Below, one piece after another: positions 27,051 through 37,038 of a stretch of DNA of 64,000 nt. Both the position numbers and the translations under genes were made by a program. The stretch is from Labilithrix sp. (GTDB lineage Bacteria; Myxococcota_A; Polyangia; Polyangiales; Polyangiaceae). The first letter of the stretch is position 1. Each line of letters starts with the position of its first letter. The notes under the pieces were generated by a model. The model was not told the origin of the DNA, made no database searches, and saw only the letters and a list, made by a program, of their open reading frames with translations. The stretch lies in contig JAHCIY010000002.1 of NCBI GenBank assembly GCA_026128965.1, positions 1,640,108 through 1,704,107 of the forward strand. Reading direction: 5' to 3'.

Positions 27051-28679
27051 ACCCCGCGCCAGATGGACGTCGCGTTCGTCCTCGAGTCGGTCGCGGGGGT
27101 ACGCGGGGTCTATGCGGTCGAGCCGGGCCGGGTCCCGCTCGACTTCGTCGTTCACGTCGAACAGAGCACGCGCGTCCTCGCGTCGGCGCACTACGCGCTC
27201 CTGCGTGTCGTCACGCACGCCGAGTGCGAGCGCATTCTCCTCTTCCATGACGACGCGCCGCCGGGGCTGATCGGTCGTCTCCGGCCGCTGGTCCTGTCGC
27301 ACGCCGATCGCCAGAGCGCGCGCGCCCGCGTTCCGCCAGCCCCGCCGTTCGACCTCGCGCCGCCGTTCGTCTTCGCGGCGCCGTCGTCCGAACGCGTGGC
27401 CACGCCGAGCAGGCGCGCCCTCGAGCTTCTGATCGTCGACGGCACCGAGCGCGATCTGTGGGCCGTGCGCGAGGTGTTCGACGTCGAGCCGGCGACCTGC
27501 TCCGACGTGCTCACCGCGGTGGGGCTCGCGCGCGCGAGGCCGTTCGACGCGATCCTCTGCGACGCGGGGCGTGCCTTCGGCGAGCACGGGCTCCTCGCCG
27601 CGCTGCCGATCGAGACGGCGCAGCGCGTGCTCGTCGTCGCGGCGCGCGCGCAGCTGGTCGACGCGCGATGGCGACTCCAGGGCACCGAGCGCATCCTCGA
27701 GCGACCGCTCTTGCGCTGGCGCCTCCGTCAGCGCGTCCTCGCGCTCGTCGCGACGACCTCATCGGCCTCGCCCGCGCCGCCCGCGCCCCCCGCGGCGTCG
27801 GCCCCGCCCGCGCCGCCCGCGGCCGCAGTAGCGGCGGCGCCGTTGCGGCGTGTCGCTGCGATTGCCACGGTGGACGAGTCGCTTCGCGTTCTCTTCGTCG
27901 ATCTCGACGCCGAGCAGGTGCGCGCCTTTCGCGAGCCGCTCGGCGGCGCCGCGGGCGAGCTCCTCGTCGCGGCGGCGGACGACGCGGCGGAGCGTGTGCT
28001 CGCGGAGCGATTCCATCTCGTCGTGTGCAGCGCGTCGTCGGCGCTCCATCCGACCGGGTTCCTCGCGTCGCTCGCGCGTATCGACATGCTCGCGGCCGAT
28101 CGCGTCGTCGTGCTCGTCCCCGCGCTCGACGCCGCCTTCGTCGCGGAGGAGCTCGCGAAGATCGGCCGCGAGAGCCCCGTCCTCGCGCTGCCGCTCGAGC
28201 AGGCCGCGGTCCGACGCGTCGTCGTGCGCGCGTATCCACCGGCCGCGGCGCAGGTGGCCGTCGCCGACGTCTCTGCCGCCGCGACGGAGGGCCCGCCGTC
28301 GAAGGCGCGGAAGGTCGCGTACCGCCGCCTCGCCGTGCTCGTGGTGGACGACGACACGTCGACGAAGATCCTCTTCTCCGCGTCGGCGGCGCATCCGCAC
28401 GCCGACATCGCGCTCGCGTCGACGACGATGGAGGCGTTCGAGCACGTGGTGACGCGCGCGGTCGACGTCCTGGTCGTGAGCGCCTCGATGCGCGGCGAAG
28501 GCGAGCCGTTCTACCGCGTCCTCTGGCGGCTCCAGCCGGCGCTGAAGAGCCGCACCGTGCTCATCGTCGGACCCGACGCGATGCCGCCGTCCGCTCCGCC
28601 GAGCCGCCGGCCGCGCATCCTCGAGCGCCCGGTCTCGCGCGACGCGGTGGGGCGCATCGTGACCGCGTTCCAGGAGTGA
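27048..28679 (+). CDS. protein with three tandem receiver (REC)-like domains, two apparently lacking the phospho-acceptor Asp
   Basis: Three CheY-like starts (LELLIVDGTERD, LRVLFVDLDAEQ, LAVLVVDDDTST). The expected acceptor positions read ILCDAG (Asp kept), LVVCSAS and VLVVSAS (Asp replaced). Confidence 0.6.
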   Translation: MTPRQMDVAFVLESVAGVRGVYAVEPGRVPLDFVVHVEQSTRVLASAHYALLRVVTHAECERILLFHDDAPPGLIGRLRPLVLSHADRQSARARVPPAPPFDLAPPFVFAAPSSERVATPSRRALELLIVDGTERDLWAVREVFDVEPATCSDVLTAVGLARARPFDAILCDAGRAFGEHGLLAALPIETAQRVLVVAARAQLVDARWRLQGTERILERPLLRWRLRQRVLALVATTSSASPAPPAPPAASAPPAPPAAAVAAAPLRRVAAIATVDESLRVLFVDLDAEQVRAFREPLGGAAGELLVAAADDAAERVLAERFHLVVCSASSALHPTGFLASLARIDMLAADRVVVLVPALDAAFVAEELAKIGRESPVLALPLEQAAVRRVVVRAYPPAAAQVAVADVSAAATEGPPSKARKVAYRRLAVLVVDDDTSTKILFSASAAHPHADIALASTTMEAFEHVVTRAVDVLVVSASMRGEGEPFYRVLWRLQPALKSRTVLIVGPDAMPPSAPPSRRPRILERPVSRDAVGRIVTAFQE

Positions 28680-28680
28680 C

Positions 28681-29805
28681 TCACTCCAGCGCCGCCCGCG
28701 CCAGCGCCGCCGCGATGCTCCCGTTCGTCCGGGGCCGCCCGAGGTCGACCGGCGCCTGCGACCAGAGCACGATCGCGCGATGAAGGGCAGGGAAGTAGAG
28801 CGTCTCGAGGCGGACGTTCCCGAAGCTGCCGGGACGTTCGACGAGCAGCGTCGGCCCTGCCTCCGCCCCGGCGAACGGAAATGCCCAACATCCCGCCGCG
28901 GCGTGGTTGTTCTTCGCGTCCGCCTCGAACAAGAGCGCACGCGACGGCTCGTCGAGCAAGGTCCCGGCGTCGAGCGCATCGAAGAACGCGAGGAGGTCGC
29001 TCGCGCTCGCGTACCCGTTCCCGGCGGTGAAGAAGTTGTGCGGCCGCACCCTCCCCATCGGCCCGAGATCGAGACCGGCCGGCTTGCCGCGCACGAGGAC
29101 GCCGGCATGGCGCATCGTCGCGGGAGCAAATACCTCCTCCTCCAGCACGCTCGCGACCGGCTTGGCCCGCCGCTCCTGCAAGATCGCGCCCAATAACGCG
29201 AACTCCGAATTGCGGTATTTCCAGACCCCGCGTTTCTCCGTTCCGGCGCCGATGTGTTTGGCGAGTACGGGCGCGGGATCGGTAAAGTCGATGTCGGACT
29301 TGGAATAGAATCCGTCGCGATCGTCGAATTCCGGAACGCGCGAGACGTGGTGCAAGAGCTCACGCACCGTGCTGTCGGCCCAGGCCTTCTTCGCGAGCGC
29401 GGGCAGCAGCGCGCGCACCTCGTCGTCGAGCGACAGCTCCTTCCGCGCGGCGAGCCGCAACACCGCGACCGCGACCCACATCTTCGTCAACGACGCCACC
29501 AAGACGGGCTGCTCCGCCGCCGCCTCTTCTGGCCCCGGCACCGCGTACACCACGTGCGCCCCGGCCCCGCCGCTCATCGCCACGAACCCCCGCACCGCCG
29601 TGCCACGCGCCGGCGCGAGCAGCCGCGCCCGCGAAGGCAGCGGCGTCTCCTCCGCCGCTGCATCAGCGACCACGACAGCCTCGGGCGACGACGACGCCGT
29701 CGCGACCGGCGTAGCGTCCTCGCTCGCAGGCGCAGGTGGAGGCGGCGCCGTCCCACGACAGCCAACCGTCATCATCAGCACCACCACGACCGCACGCACA
29801 GCCAC
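28681..29805 (-). CDS. serine hydrolase of the beta-lactamase/transpeptidase family, lipoprotein
   Basis: SLTKMW (SxxK) motif. Lipobox MMTVGC. Confidence 0.8.
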   Translation of the reverse strand: MAVRAVVVVLMMTVGCRGTAPPPPAPASEDATPVATASSSPEAVVVADAAAEETPLPSRARLLAPARGTAVRGFVAMSGGAGAHVVYAVPGPEEAAAEQPVLVASLTKMWVAVAVLRLAARKELSLDDEVRALLPALAKKAWADSTVRELLHHVSRVPEFDDRDGFYSKSDIDFTDPAPVLAKHIGAGTEKRGVWKYRNSEFALLGAILQERRAKPVASVLEEEVFAPATMRHAGVLVRGKPAGLDLGPMGRVRPHNFFTAGNGYASASDLLAFFDALDAGTLLDEPSRALLFEADAKNNHAAAGCWAFPFAGAEAGPTLLVERPGSFGNVRLETLYFPALHRAIVLWSQAPVDLGRPRTNGSIAAALARAALE

Positions 29806-29878
29806 CGAGACTACGGCGGTCTTCCAGGGAAGCCAGCCCGGCGAATGCTAGGATGCGGCACCAGAGGTTTACCTATCG

Positions 29879-30481
29879 ATGGCTCGACTGACGGCTCAAG
29901 AGATGGATGCAGTGGCGGACCAGCTCGAGCTGCCCGTCAAAGGGCGTTTTCCGATCACGTATGCCAACCATCCCCTCCCGGGGGATCCGGCGCGAAAGCT
30001 CGGCATCCAGCGGGTCGACGGGTATCCGTCGCCCGGGTTCAGGACCGCGCTGTCTTATGGGCTCGCCCACGAGTCGTTCGAGACGAGCAACTTCCCGGAC
30101 CGCATCGAGCTGATTCAGGGGTACCGCACGGACGACTGGAGCTTCGAGCGCATTCAGGTGTTCGTCGCCGACAGCGTCGTCACGAGCAACCAATTGCCGA
30201 AGCCCGGGACCGTGTACCAGCACGCGGTCGCGCACGCAGGGCTCGGCGCCCCCGCGAGCCGCATGCCCCACGCGCTCGTCGTATATCCGTATCTGTGGCA
30301 GCGCGACTTTTACAAAGCCGACGTCGCGGACAAGCGGCTGTGGTTCCTCCAGCTCGTCCCGATTCACGAGAACGAGCTTCAGTTCATCACGAAGAACGGC
30401 TTCAAGGTGTTCGAGGAGCTCCTCGATCACTTCGGGATGCAGTTTCACGATCTGAACCGCACCTCGTACGTCGACATGTAG
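29879..30481 (+). CDS. hypothetical cytoplasmic protein in a low-GC3 islet (possibly an immunity-protein-like fold; unassigned)
   Basis: 200 aa. Codon third positions are noticeably less GC-biased (many NNT/NNA codons such as ttt, tat, att, caa, aaa) than in neighbouring genes. Confidence 0.55.
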   Translation: MARLTAQEMDAVADQLELPVKGRFPITYANHPLPGDPARKLGIQRVDGYPSPGFRTALSYGLAHESFETSNFPDRIELIQGYRTDDWSFERIQVFVADSVVTSNQLPKPGTVYQHAVAHAGLGAPASRMPHALVVYPYLWQRDFYKADVADKRLWFLQLVPIHENELQFITKNGFKVFEELLDHFGMQFHDLNRTSYVDM

Positions 30482-30491
30482 CGGTACGCTC

Positions 30492-31397
30492 GTGGCGTTG
30501 GAGAAGACGAACGGCGAGCGAGGGTGGTCGATGCGTTGGGTGGCGCCGATCGCTTTGTTCTTCGCGTGGGGATTTACCATGCACGCGGTCGGGCTCCTGC
30601 TGCACGAGTTCGCCGGGCACGCGCTCGTCGCGGTGGTCCTCGGGTGCGGGATTGACGCGTATGCGCTGACGTTCTTCGGGCACGGGCAGGTGCACCGCGT
30701 GATCTGCGACCGATGGACGTTCGAGCGGGTCATCCTCTGCGATTGGGCCGGGCTCGCGGTGACGAGCGCGGTGGGGCTCGCGGCGGGGCTCTACCTCCGG
30801 CGCCGGCCCGGGCTCGCGCCGATGCCGAAGCTGCTCCTCGCGCTCGTCGCCTTCTTCTTCCTCATCGGGCAACTCGGATATGCCGTCAACGGTGGCTTTC
30901 ACGACCTCTACGATCCCGGCCGCACCGCGCGGTGGCTCGGGGCGCGCGGCGTGCATTGGCTCGCGTGGGTCCCGGCGCTGATCGCTTATGCGGTCGCGGC
31001 GGTGCTGTCGGCGCGGGCGGCGATCGACGCGTTCCGCGCGCATTTCGGATCGCGGAGCCGGCTGCGCACGGTGGGGCAGCTGGCGGGGACGCTGGGGATC
31101 GCCGGTGTTCTCTACTTCATCGCGTTTCGGATCGAGTGGGCGATTCGCACCGATCTCTGGATGCGCGGCGTGGCGGTCGAGGCGGAGCGGATCGCGGCGG
31201 AGAGGCACGTCGCGCCGCCGTTCCCGATCGACAAGGTCCTCCTCGTCATCGCGCTCGGCGCGCTCGTCTGGGCGCTCGCTCGCCCCGTCCGCCAGCCGCC
31301 GCCGCCGCAGCCGATCGGGCGCTCGACGCTGATCGCGGTCGTCGGCTCCACCGCGATCACGTTCCTCCTCGTGCTCGTGCTCGTCCTCGCGAGCTGA
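30492..31397 (+). CDS. polytopic membrane protein with an HEFAGH motif (putative membrane-embedded metallopeptidase-like)
   Basis: At least 7 transmembrane helices. LLHEFAGHALVAVVLG lies in the first transmembrane segment. GC3 is also reduced. Possible alternative start at 30531. Confidence 0.55.
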   Translation: MALEKTNGERGWSMRWVAPIALFFAWGFTMHAVGLLLHEFAGHALVAVVLGCGIDAYALTFFGHGQVHRVICDRWTFERVILCDWAGLAVTSAVGLAAGLYLRRRPGLAPMPKLLLALVAFFFLIGQLGYAVNGGFHDLYDPGRTARWLGARGVHWLAWVPALIAYAVAAVLSARAAIDAFRAHFGSRSRLRTVGQLAGTLGIAGVLYFIAFRIEWAIRTDLWMRGVAVEAERIAAERHVAPPFPIDKVLLVIALGALVWALARPVRQPPPPQPIGRSTLIAVVGSTAITFLLVLVLVLAS

Positions 31398-31409
31398 GCG
31401 AGCTGAGGC

Positions 31410-33476
31410 TCACGTCCCCGTCGCGTTCGCCGCGTGGGACGGGCGGCGCCCCTTGACCACGGTCGGGGCGCCGCCGTCGGCGGAGAACGAGAAGAAGAGG
31501 CGCAGCGGCTTCGGACGCAGCGCCGGCGCGCGCGCGGCGAGCTCCTCGTAGGGCGCGCGACCGACGACGCGGCGATCGTTCACGAGCTCCGCCCAGATCG
31601 CGCCGTCGCGTTGCTCCGCGCGCTCGCAGGCGCGCGGATCGAAGCGGAGGCTCGCCTCGAACGGGCGCTTCGAGCCGAGGACCTCCTCGCGCACGCCGCG
31701 CGCGGCGAGGTCGCGGAAGACGGTGGGGCCGAAGCGGTCGTAGTAGAGGATCGTGTGCGCGGTCGACACCGCTCCCGCCCACGGATACGCGCGGAGGAGC
31801 CAGCCGGACGAGAGCTCGGCGAGCCGATCGTCGACGTCGGCGCGCTCGTCGTCCGTCTTCCACGGATGCTCCGGCGCGAAGAAGAGGCCGAGGCCGAGCT
31901 GGTCTCCCTCGAGCTCCCACGTCTCGCGGATGCCGAAGCGGCGCGGGTCCTGCGCGACGAGCGAGCCGTGGGTGAGGCCGAACTCGCCGACGATGTACAC
32001 CGCGAGGCGGTCGCGCCGCTCGTCGATGAAGTCGAGCGTGTCGAGCGCCTCCTCGTGTGTCTCGGTCGGGAACTCGGTGAAGCACATCGCCTCCGGCGCG
32101 ATGCCGGCGGCGCCGAGGCGATCGACCACGTCGGAGACGACCTCGATCGGGGCGCCCTTGTCGATCAGCTTCAGCACGCGCGGCGAGCCCGACTCGACGC
32201 CGAGCGCACACGCGACCGCGCCGGCGCGGCGGAGGACGTCGGCGCGCTCCTGCGTGAGGTACTTCTCCGGCTTCAGGTCCGTCGCCCAGCGGACGTCGAG
32301 GCCGGCGTCGACGATCGCCTGCGCGAGCTTGATCAGCGTCTTCGGCGCGACGGAGTCCTGCGAAAAATAGAAATGGCGCGTGCCGTGTTTCGTCGCGAGG
32401 GCGCGGAGATGATCGGTAATCGCGGCGACGTCGCGCTCGCGATAAGCGGCAGTCCCGATCTCGGCGAGGCCGTAATGGCAAAAGGTGCATTTGCCCCAAT
32501 AGCAGCCGCGCGTGGGGTCGTAGGGGAGGACGAGGCGCGGCGAGAGGTAGCGATCGAGCGGGAGGCCGTCGAAGTCCGGCGGCGGCAGCGCCTTCAGGTC
32601 TTCCATGCCGTGCCCGGCGAGCCAGCGCGCGCCCATCAGGCGATCGCGGACGACGACGTTCGTGCACTCGCGGAGCGGCTTGTCCTGCTCCAGCGCGCGG
32701 ACGAGGGCGAGGAGCGTGTGCTCGCCTTCGTACACGCACGCCGTGTCGAACGGGCCGAGCGCGCCCGCGAGGCGGCGGCCTTCGAGGCGGATGAGCATCT
32801 GCGTGACGCCGGGGCCGCCGCACGTGACGTGGACGTGGGGGAGCGCGCGCTTGATCTTGAGCGCGAACGCGTAGGCGGGCTGGAGCTGCCCCGGGAAGCA
32901 CACCGAGAGCCCGACGAGCCCCACCTCCGCGGCCGCGAGGCGCGGAACGAGGACGTTCGTGACGTAGTCGTCGAACGGATCGGCGTCCGGCGTCGCGGCG
33001 CGGGCGATCTCGTCCATCGTCGTGAGCCCGAACGGCGTCCGGTACGCGGTGAAGTCGAGGTGGAGCGGATGGTGAACGGCGGAGACGACGCGGAGCGCGG
33101 CGTCGATCGTCGCGACCGCGGCGGCGTACGCGTCGGGATCGTGGAAGCGGGCTTCGTCGCGGAGCGTGTCCTTCGCGCGCGCGATGCCGTCGGGCACGGC
33201 GTGGGCTTCGCCGCGAGCGCGCACGAGCGCGGCGTACTCGAGCTGCTCGACGTGCGTGAGCGAGCGGCGGGCGTCGAGCTCGCGGAGCCGCGCTTCGAGG
33301 CGATCGCGGAGCGCGCCGAGCGACTCCGGGCCGAGGAGCCGATCGAACGCCTCGATGTTCGCGTCGATCGGCAGCACCTCCACGCCGTGGGCGCGGAGGA
33401 ACCCCGTGAGCATCGGCACCGCGAGGTACGGCGCGGTCGGATCGCAGGTCGGCGGGTAGACGAGCGCGACGCGCAT
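31410..33476 (-). CDS. B12-binding-domain radical SAM protein (688 aa) with a long C-terminal extension
   Basis: N-terminal cobalamin-binding Rossmann (MRVALVYPP...LVGLSVCFPG). CYWGKCTFCHYG radical-SAM CxxxCxxC cluster motif. About 230 extra C-terminal residues. Confidence 0.85.
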   Translation of the reverse strand: MRVALVYPPTCDPTAPYLAVPMLTGFLRAHGVEVLPIDANIEAFDRLLGPESLGALRDRLEARLRELDARRSLTHVEQLEYAALVRARGEAHAVPDGIARAKDTLRDEARFHDPDAYAAAVATIDAALRVVSAVHHPLHLDFTAYRTPFGLTTMDEIARAATPDADPFDDYVTNVLVPRLAAAEVGLVGLSVCFPGQLQPAYAFALKIKRALPHVHVTCGGPGVTQMLIRLEGRRLAGALGPFDTACVYEGEHTLLALVRALEQDKPLRECTNVVVRDRLMGARWLAGHGMEDLKALPPPDFDGLPLDRYLSPRLVLPYDPTRGCYWGKCTFCHYGLAEIGTAAYRERDVAAITDHLRALATKHGTRHFYFSQDSVAPKTLIKLAQAIVDAGLDVRWATDLKPEKYLTQERADVLRRAGAVACALGVESGSPRVLKLIDKGAPIEVVSDVVDRLGAAGIAPEAMCFTEFPTETHEEALDTLDFIDERRDRLAVYIVGEFGLTHGSLVAQDPRRFGIRETWELEGDQLGLGLFFAPEHPWKTDDERADVDDRLAELSSGWLLRAYPWAGAVSTAHTILYYDRFGPTVFRDLAARGVREEVLGSKRPFEASLRFDPRACERAEQRDGAIWAELVNDRRVVGRAPYEELAARAPALRPKPLRLFFSFSADGGAPTVVKGRRPSHAANATGT

Positions 33477-33642
33477 GCGGCCTCAGAAGGAGAAGCGATG
33501 GTTCGCGCCCGCGAGCGCGGTCGGAAGAAGTAGAGGAAGGACGCGGAGAAGACGCATGGCGTCATGGGGTTTCGCACACCCTGCGACATTGTCCACACGA
33601 TTTGGTATCGCCCGGAAATCTCGATGTTTCTACCCTCGCTCG

Positions 33643-34320
33643 ATGCCGTCGCCGCGCCTCTCCTTCTTCCTCTCCGCCCTCGCCGCGTGCGCGAGCGATC
33701 CGCCGCCGCCCGCCGTCGTGGTCCCGCCGTCGAACGCCCCCGCCCCCGCGCCCGCACCATCGCCCGCACCATCACCGTCAACGCCGCCGCCCGCACCCGC
33801 ACCCGAGCCGACGGCCGAGCCGCGCGCGCTGCCGTGCCCGCACGGCGATCCGCTCTGCACGCCGCCGTCGCCGGGAGGTTTCGTCGACTCGTCGAGCGGA
33901 GCCGCGCCTTCATCGTCGTCGTCGTCGCTCGACCCCGGCATCCCCGGCACCGGCTCGGGCGGCCCCGTTCCATCGAACACGAAGGCGCCCACGCTTCGCC
34001 ACGGCGCGGTCACGGTCACGGGCCGGCTTCCGCCGGAGGTCATCCAGCGCATCGTGCGCCAGAACTTCGGGCGCTTCCGTCTCTGCTACGAGAACGGGCT
34101 CCGCTCGAACCCCAACCTCGCCGGGCGCATCGCGGTGAAGCTCACGATCGACGGGAGCGGAGCGGTGACGAACCCGACGATCGATCCGGTGACCGACCTC
34201 CCCGACAAGGCGGTCCAGTCGTGCGTGCTGCGCGGCTTCGCCAACCTCAGCTTTCCGCAGCCGGAGGGCGGCGTCGTGGTGGTGGTCTACCCGGTGATTT
34301 TCGCTCCGCCCGCGCCCTAG
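33643..34320 (+). CDS. AgmX/PglI C-terminal-domain lipoprotein with a Pro/Ala-rich linker
   Basis: MPSPRLSFFLSALAAC lipobox. C-terminal GRLPPEVIQRIVRQNFGRFRLCYENGLRSNPNLAGRIAVKLTIDGSGAV...VQSCVLRGFANLSFPQPEGGVVVVVYPVIF is a close match to the myxobacterial AgmX/PglI (TonB-C-like) domain. Confidence 0.7.
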   Translation: MPSPRLSFFLSALAACASDPPPPAVVVPPSNAPAPAPAPSPAPSPSTPPPAPAPEPTAEPRALPCPHGDPLCTPPSPGGFVDSSSGAAPSSSSSSLDPGIPGTGSGGPVPSNTKAPTLRHGAVTVTGRLPPEVIQRIVRQNFGRFRLCYENGLRSNPNLAGRIAVKLTIDGSGAVTNPTIDPVTDLPDKAVQSCVLRGFANLSFPQPEGGVVVVVYPVIFAPPAP

Positions 34321-34386
34321 CGGTGGTACAGGACGCCCGCTTCCGGGTCCCCGGACGCCTTCCTACCGAAACCAGAGAGAATTTCC

Positions 34387-36516
34387 GTGGCCGCTAAGAT
34401 CCCCCTCGAACGAATCCGCAACATCGGCATCTCGGCGCATATCGACTCCGGCAAGACGACGCTGACCGAGCGCGTGCTCTTCTACACGGGCCGCATCCAC
34501 AAGATTCACGAGGTCCGCGGCAAGGACGGCGTCGGCGCCAAGATGGACTCGATGGACCTCGAGCGTGAGAAGGGCATCACGATCCAGTCCGCCGCCACGT
34601 ACTGCGTCTGGACCGGCTCGCAGAAGCAGCTCGAGCCGATCAACATCAACATCATCGACACGCCAGGCCACGTCGACTTCACGATCGAGGTCGAGCGCGC
34701 GCTCCGCGTCCTCGACGGCGCGATCCTCGTCCTCGACTCGGGCAAGGGCGTCCAGAGCCAGTCGATCACCGTCGACAAGCAGATGAAGCGGTACCACGTG
34801 CCGCGCATCGCCTTCGTCAACAAGATGGACAACCCCGGCGCCAACTACGAGAAGGTCGCCGACATGCTGCGCGAGAAGCTCGGTCATCACGCGGTGATGA
34901 TCCAGCTCCCGATGGGCGCCGAGCACGAGTTCAAGGGCATCATCGACCCGATCCTGATGAAGGCCTTCTTCTTCGAGGGCAACGACGGCGAGATCATCAA
35001 GGAGGTCGACATCCCGGCCGAGTACAAGGACGCCGCCGACGCGCGCCGCCAGCACGTCATCGAGAAGGTCGCCGACGTCGACGACACGCTCGCCGAGAAG
35101 TTCCTCGCCGAGGAGCCGATCTCGGTGGAGGACATCCGCGCCGCGATCCGCCGCGCGACCCTCGCGCTCAAGATGACGCCGGTCATGTGCGGCTCCGCCT
35201 TCAAGAACAAGGGCGTGCAGCTCCTCCTCGACGGCGTCTTCCACTACCTCCCGAGCCCGACCGAGGTCAAAAACGAGGCGCACGACCAGGACAAGAACGA
35301 GGAGAAGGTCGCGCTCGAGAACGATCCGAACGGCCCGTTCGTCGGCCTCGCGTTCAAGCTCCAGCAGGACAAGTACGGCCAGCTCACGTACTTCCGCGTC
35401 TACTCGGGCAAGGTCGCGAGCGGCGACACGATCTTCAACACCTCGAACGAGAACCGCAAGGTCCGCGTCCCGCGCATGTTCCGCATGCACTCGGACGATC
35501 GCGAGGAGATCCAGGTCGCCGAGGCCGGCGACATCGTCGCCTTCTACGGCGTCGAGGCGAGCTCGGGCGAGACGTTCACCGACGGCAAGGTCAACTACAC
35601 CCTGACCTCGATGCACGTCCCGGCCGCCGTCATCTCGCTCGCGGTGGCGCCGAAGGACCGCGGCGCGGAGACGAACTTCTCGAAGGCGCTGAACCGCTTC
35701 ACGAAGGAGGACCCCACCTTCCGCGTGCATCAAGATGAAGAGTCCCAGCAGACCATCATCTCGGGCATGGGCGAGCTCCACCTCGACATCTACATCGAGC
35801 GCATGAAGCGCGAGTACAACTGCGAGGTCATCGCCGGCAAGCCGCAGGTCGCCTACCGCGAGTCGATCTCGCGCAAGGCGGACATGAACTACACGCACAA
35901 GAAGCAGACCGGCGGCTCGGGTCAGTACGCGAAGGTCATGGGCTACATCGAGCCGCTCCCGCAGGACGCGGTCGAGACCTACGAGTTCGTCGACGACGTC
36001 GTCGGCGGCGCGATCCCGCGCGAGTACATCCCCTCGTGCGACAAGGGCTTCAAGGAGGCGATCAAGAAGGGCGGCCTCATCGGCTTCCCCGTCGTCGGCA
36101 TCCGCTGCTGCGTGAACGACGGCGCGAGCCACGCCGTCGACTCCTCCGAAATGGCCTTCAAGACCGCCGCGATGATGGGCTTCCGCGAGGCCTACGACAA
36201 GGCCGGCGCGACCATCCTCGAGCCGATCATGAAGGTCGAGATCGACGCGCCGACCGAGTTCCAGGGCGCCGTCGTCGGTCAGGTCAACCAGCGCCGCGGC
36301 GTCATCCTCGAGACGATCGCGGGCGACACCGTCAACGTCGTCGCCGAGGTCCCGCTCACGACGATGTTCGGCTACTCGACCGACCTCCGCTCTGCCACGC
36401 AGGGCAAGGGCACGTTCACGATGGAGTTCGCGAAGTACTCCGTCGTCCCGCGCCAGGAGCAGGACGAGATGATCAAGGCCTACAAGGCCAAGCTCGCCGC
36501 CGAAGCGAAGAAGTAA
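34387..36516 (+). CDS. fusA: elongation factor G (stand-alone copy, not next to rpsL/rpsG/tuf; possibly an EF-G paralog)
   Basis: GTG start. [10 protein letters not shown]1 motif, [12 protein letters not shown]. Full five-domain length (709 aa). Confidence 0.95.
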   Translation: MAAKIPLERIRNIGISAHIDSGKTTLTERVLFYTGRIHKIHEVRGKDGVGAKMDSMDLEREKGITIQSAATYCVWTGSQKQLEPININIIDTPGHVDFTIEVERALRVLDGAILVLDSGKGVQSQSITVDKQMKRYHVPRIAFVNKMDNPGANYEKVADMLREKLGHHAVMIQLPMGAEHEFKGIIDPILMKAFFFEGNDGEIIKEVDIPAEYKDAADARRQHVIEKVADVDDTLAEKFLAEEPISVEDIRAAIRRATLALKMTPVMCGSAFKNKGVQLLLDGVFHYLPSPTEVKNEAHDQDKNEEKVALENDPNGPFVGLAFKLQQDKYGQLTYFRVYSGKVASGDTIFNTSNENRKVRVPRMFRMHSDDREEIQVAEAGDIVAFYGVEASSGETFTDGKVNYTLTSMHVPAAVISLAVAPKDRGAETNFSKALNRFTKEDPTFRVHQDEESQQTIISGMGELHLDIYIERMKREYNCEVIAGKPQVAYRESISRKADMNYTHKKQTGGSGQYAKVMGYIEPLPQDAVETYEFVDDVVGGAIPREYIPSCDKGFKEAIKKGGLIGFPVVGIRCCVNDGASHAVDSSEMAFKTAAMMGFREAYDKAGATILEPIMKVEIDAPTEFQGAVVGQVNQRRGVILETIAGDTVNVVAEVPLTTMFGYSTDLRSATQGKGTFTMEFAKYSVVPRQEQDEMIKAYKAKLAAEAKK

Positions 36517-36539
36517 CCGCGCCCACGGCGCGCGCGCCC

Positions 36540-36574
36540 CGAAGCCCTCGCTGCCCCGCGCAGCGGGGGCTTCG
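36540..36574 (+). terminator. GC-rich compound hairpin immediately after the EF-G gene (putative intrinsic terminator)
   Basis: CGAAGCCC-tc-GCTGC-cccgc-GCAGC-gg-GGGCTTCG, 24 nt after the TAA. The U-tract is weak, as is usual in high-GC genomes. Confidence 0.5.
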
Positions 36575-36634
36575 TCGTTCAGGCGCGGGAGCCCCGCTCC
36601 ATCTCGAGGTACGCGGCGCGGCGCGGTAGAGCGC

Positions 36635-36988
36635 GTGGACCACGACCGGCTCGGTCTCCCACGCCGGCAGGAGAGCAGGGGCTCGATCCTCAACGTGTCC
36701 AGCACGTCGGCGTACAAGGCGATGCGCGACCAGTCCGTCTACGCCGCGACGAAGGCGGCGGTCCTCGCGCTGACGCGGTCGTGGGCGCTCGAGCTCGCGC
36801 CGCACGGGATCCGCGTGAACGCGGTCGCGCCCGGTCCGACGGAGACGCCCGGCATCGCGCGCCTCCCGATCCCCCGAATGGCCTCGAGCGACGAGGTCGC
36901 GCATTGGCTCGTCGCGCTCGGCGATCCGCGCTCGACGTGGATGACGGGCCAGGTCCTCGGCGTCGACGGCGGCCTCGGCATCGCGTAG
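36635..36988 (+). pseudogene. 3' fragment of a short-chain dehydrogenase/reductase gene (catalytic half only)
   Basis: ILNVSSTSAYKAMRDQSVYAATKAAV...GIRVNAVAPGPTET contains the SDR S...YxxxK active site, but the N-terminal TGxxxGxG Rossmann half is absent. No in-frame upstream coding sequence. Confidence 0.5.
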
Positions 36989-37038
36989 CACGCACGGCAG
37001 ACCTCGCGCCCGCGCTCGAGCTGCGCTTTGCTTGGGTC

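Noticed and set aside
30492-31397. Assigning the HEFAGH membrane protein to the M50 site-2-protease family
   Set aside because: The motif is HExxxH rather than the canonical HExxH of M50 or zincins, and no second metal-binding motif (LDG-like) was found. It is left as a metallopeptidase-like hypothetical.
36635-36988. Treating the 117-aa SDR ORF as an intact gene
   Set aside because: It lacks the entire N-terminal NAD(P)-binding Rossmann half. The first 20 codons (MDHDRLGLPRRQESRGS) are not SDR-like. I call it a remnant instead.
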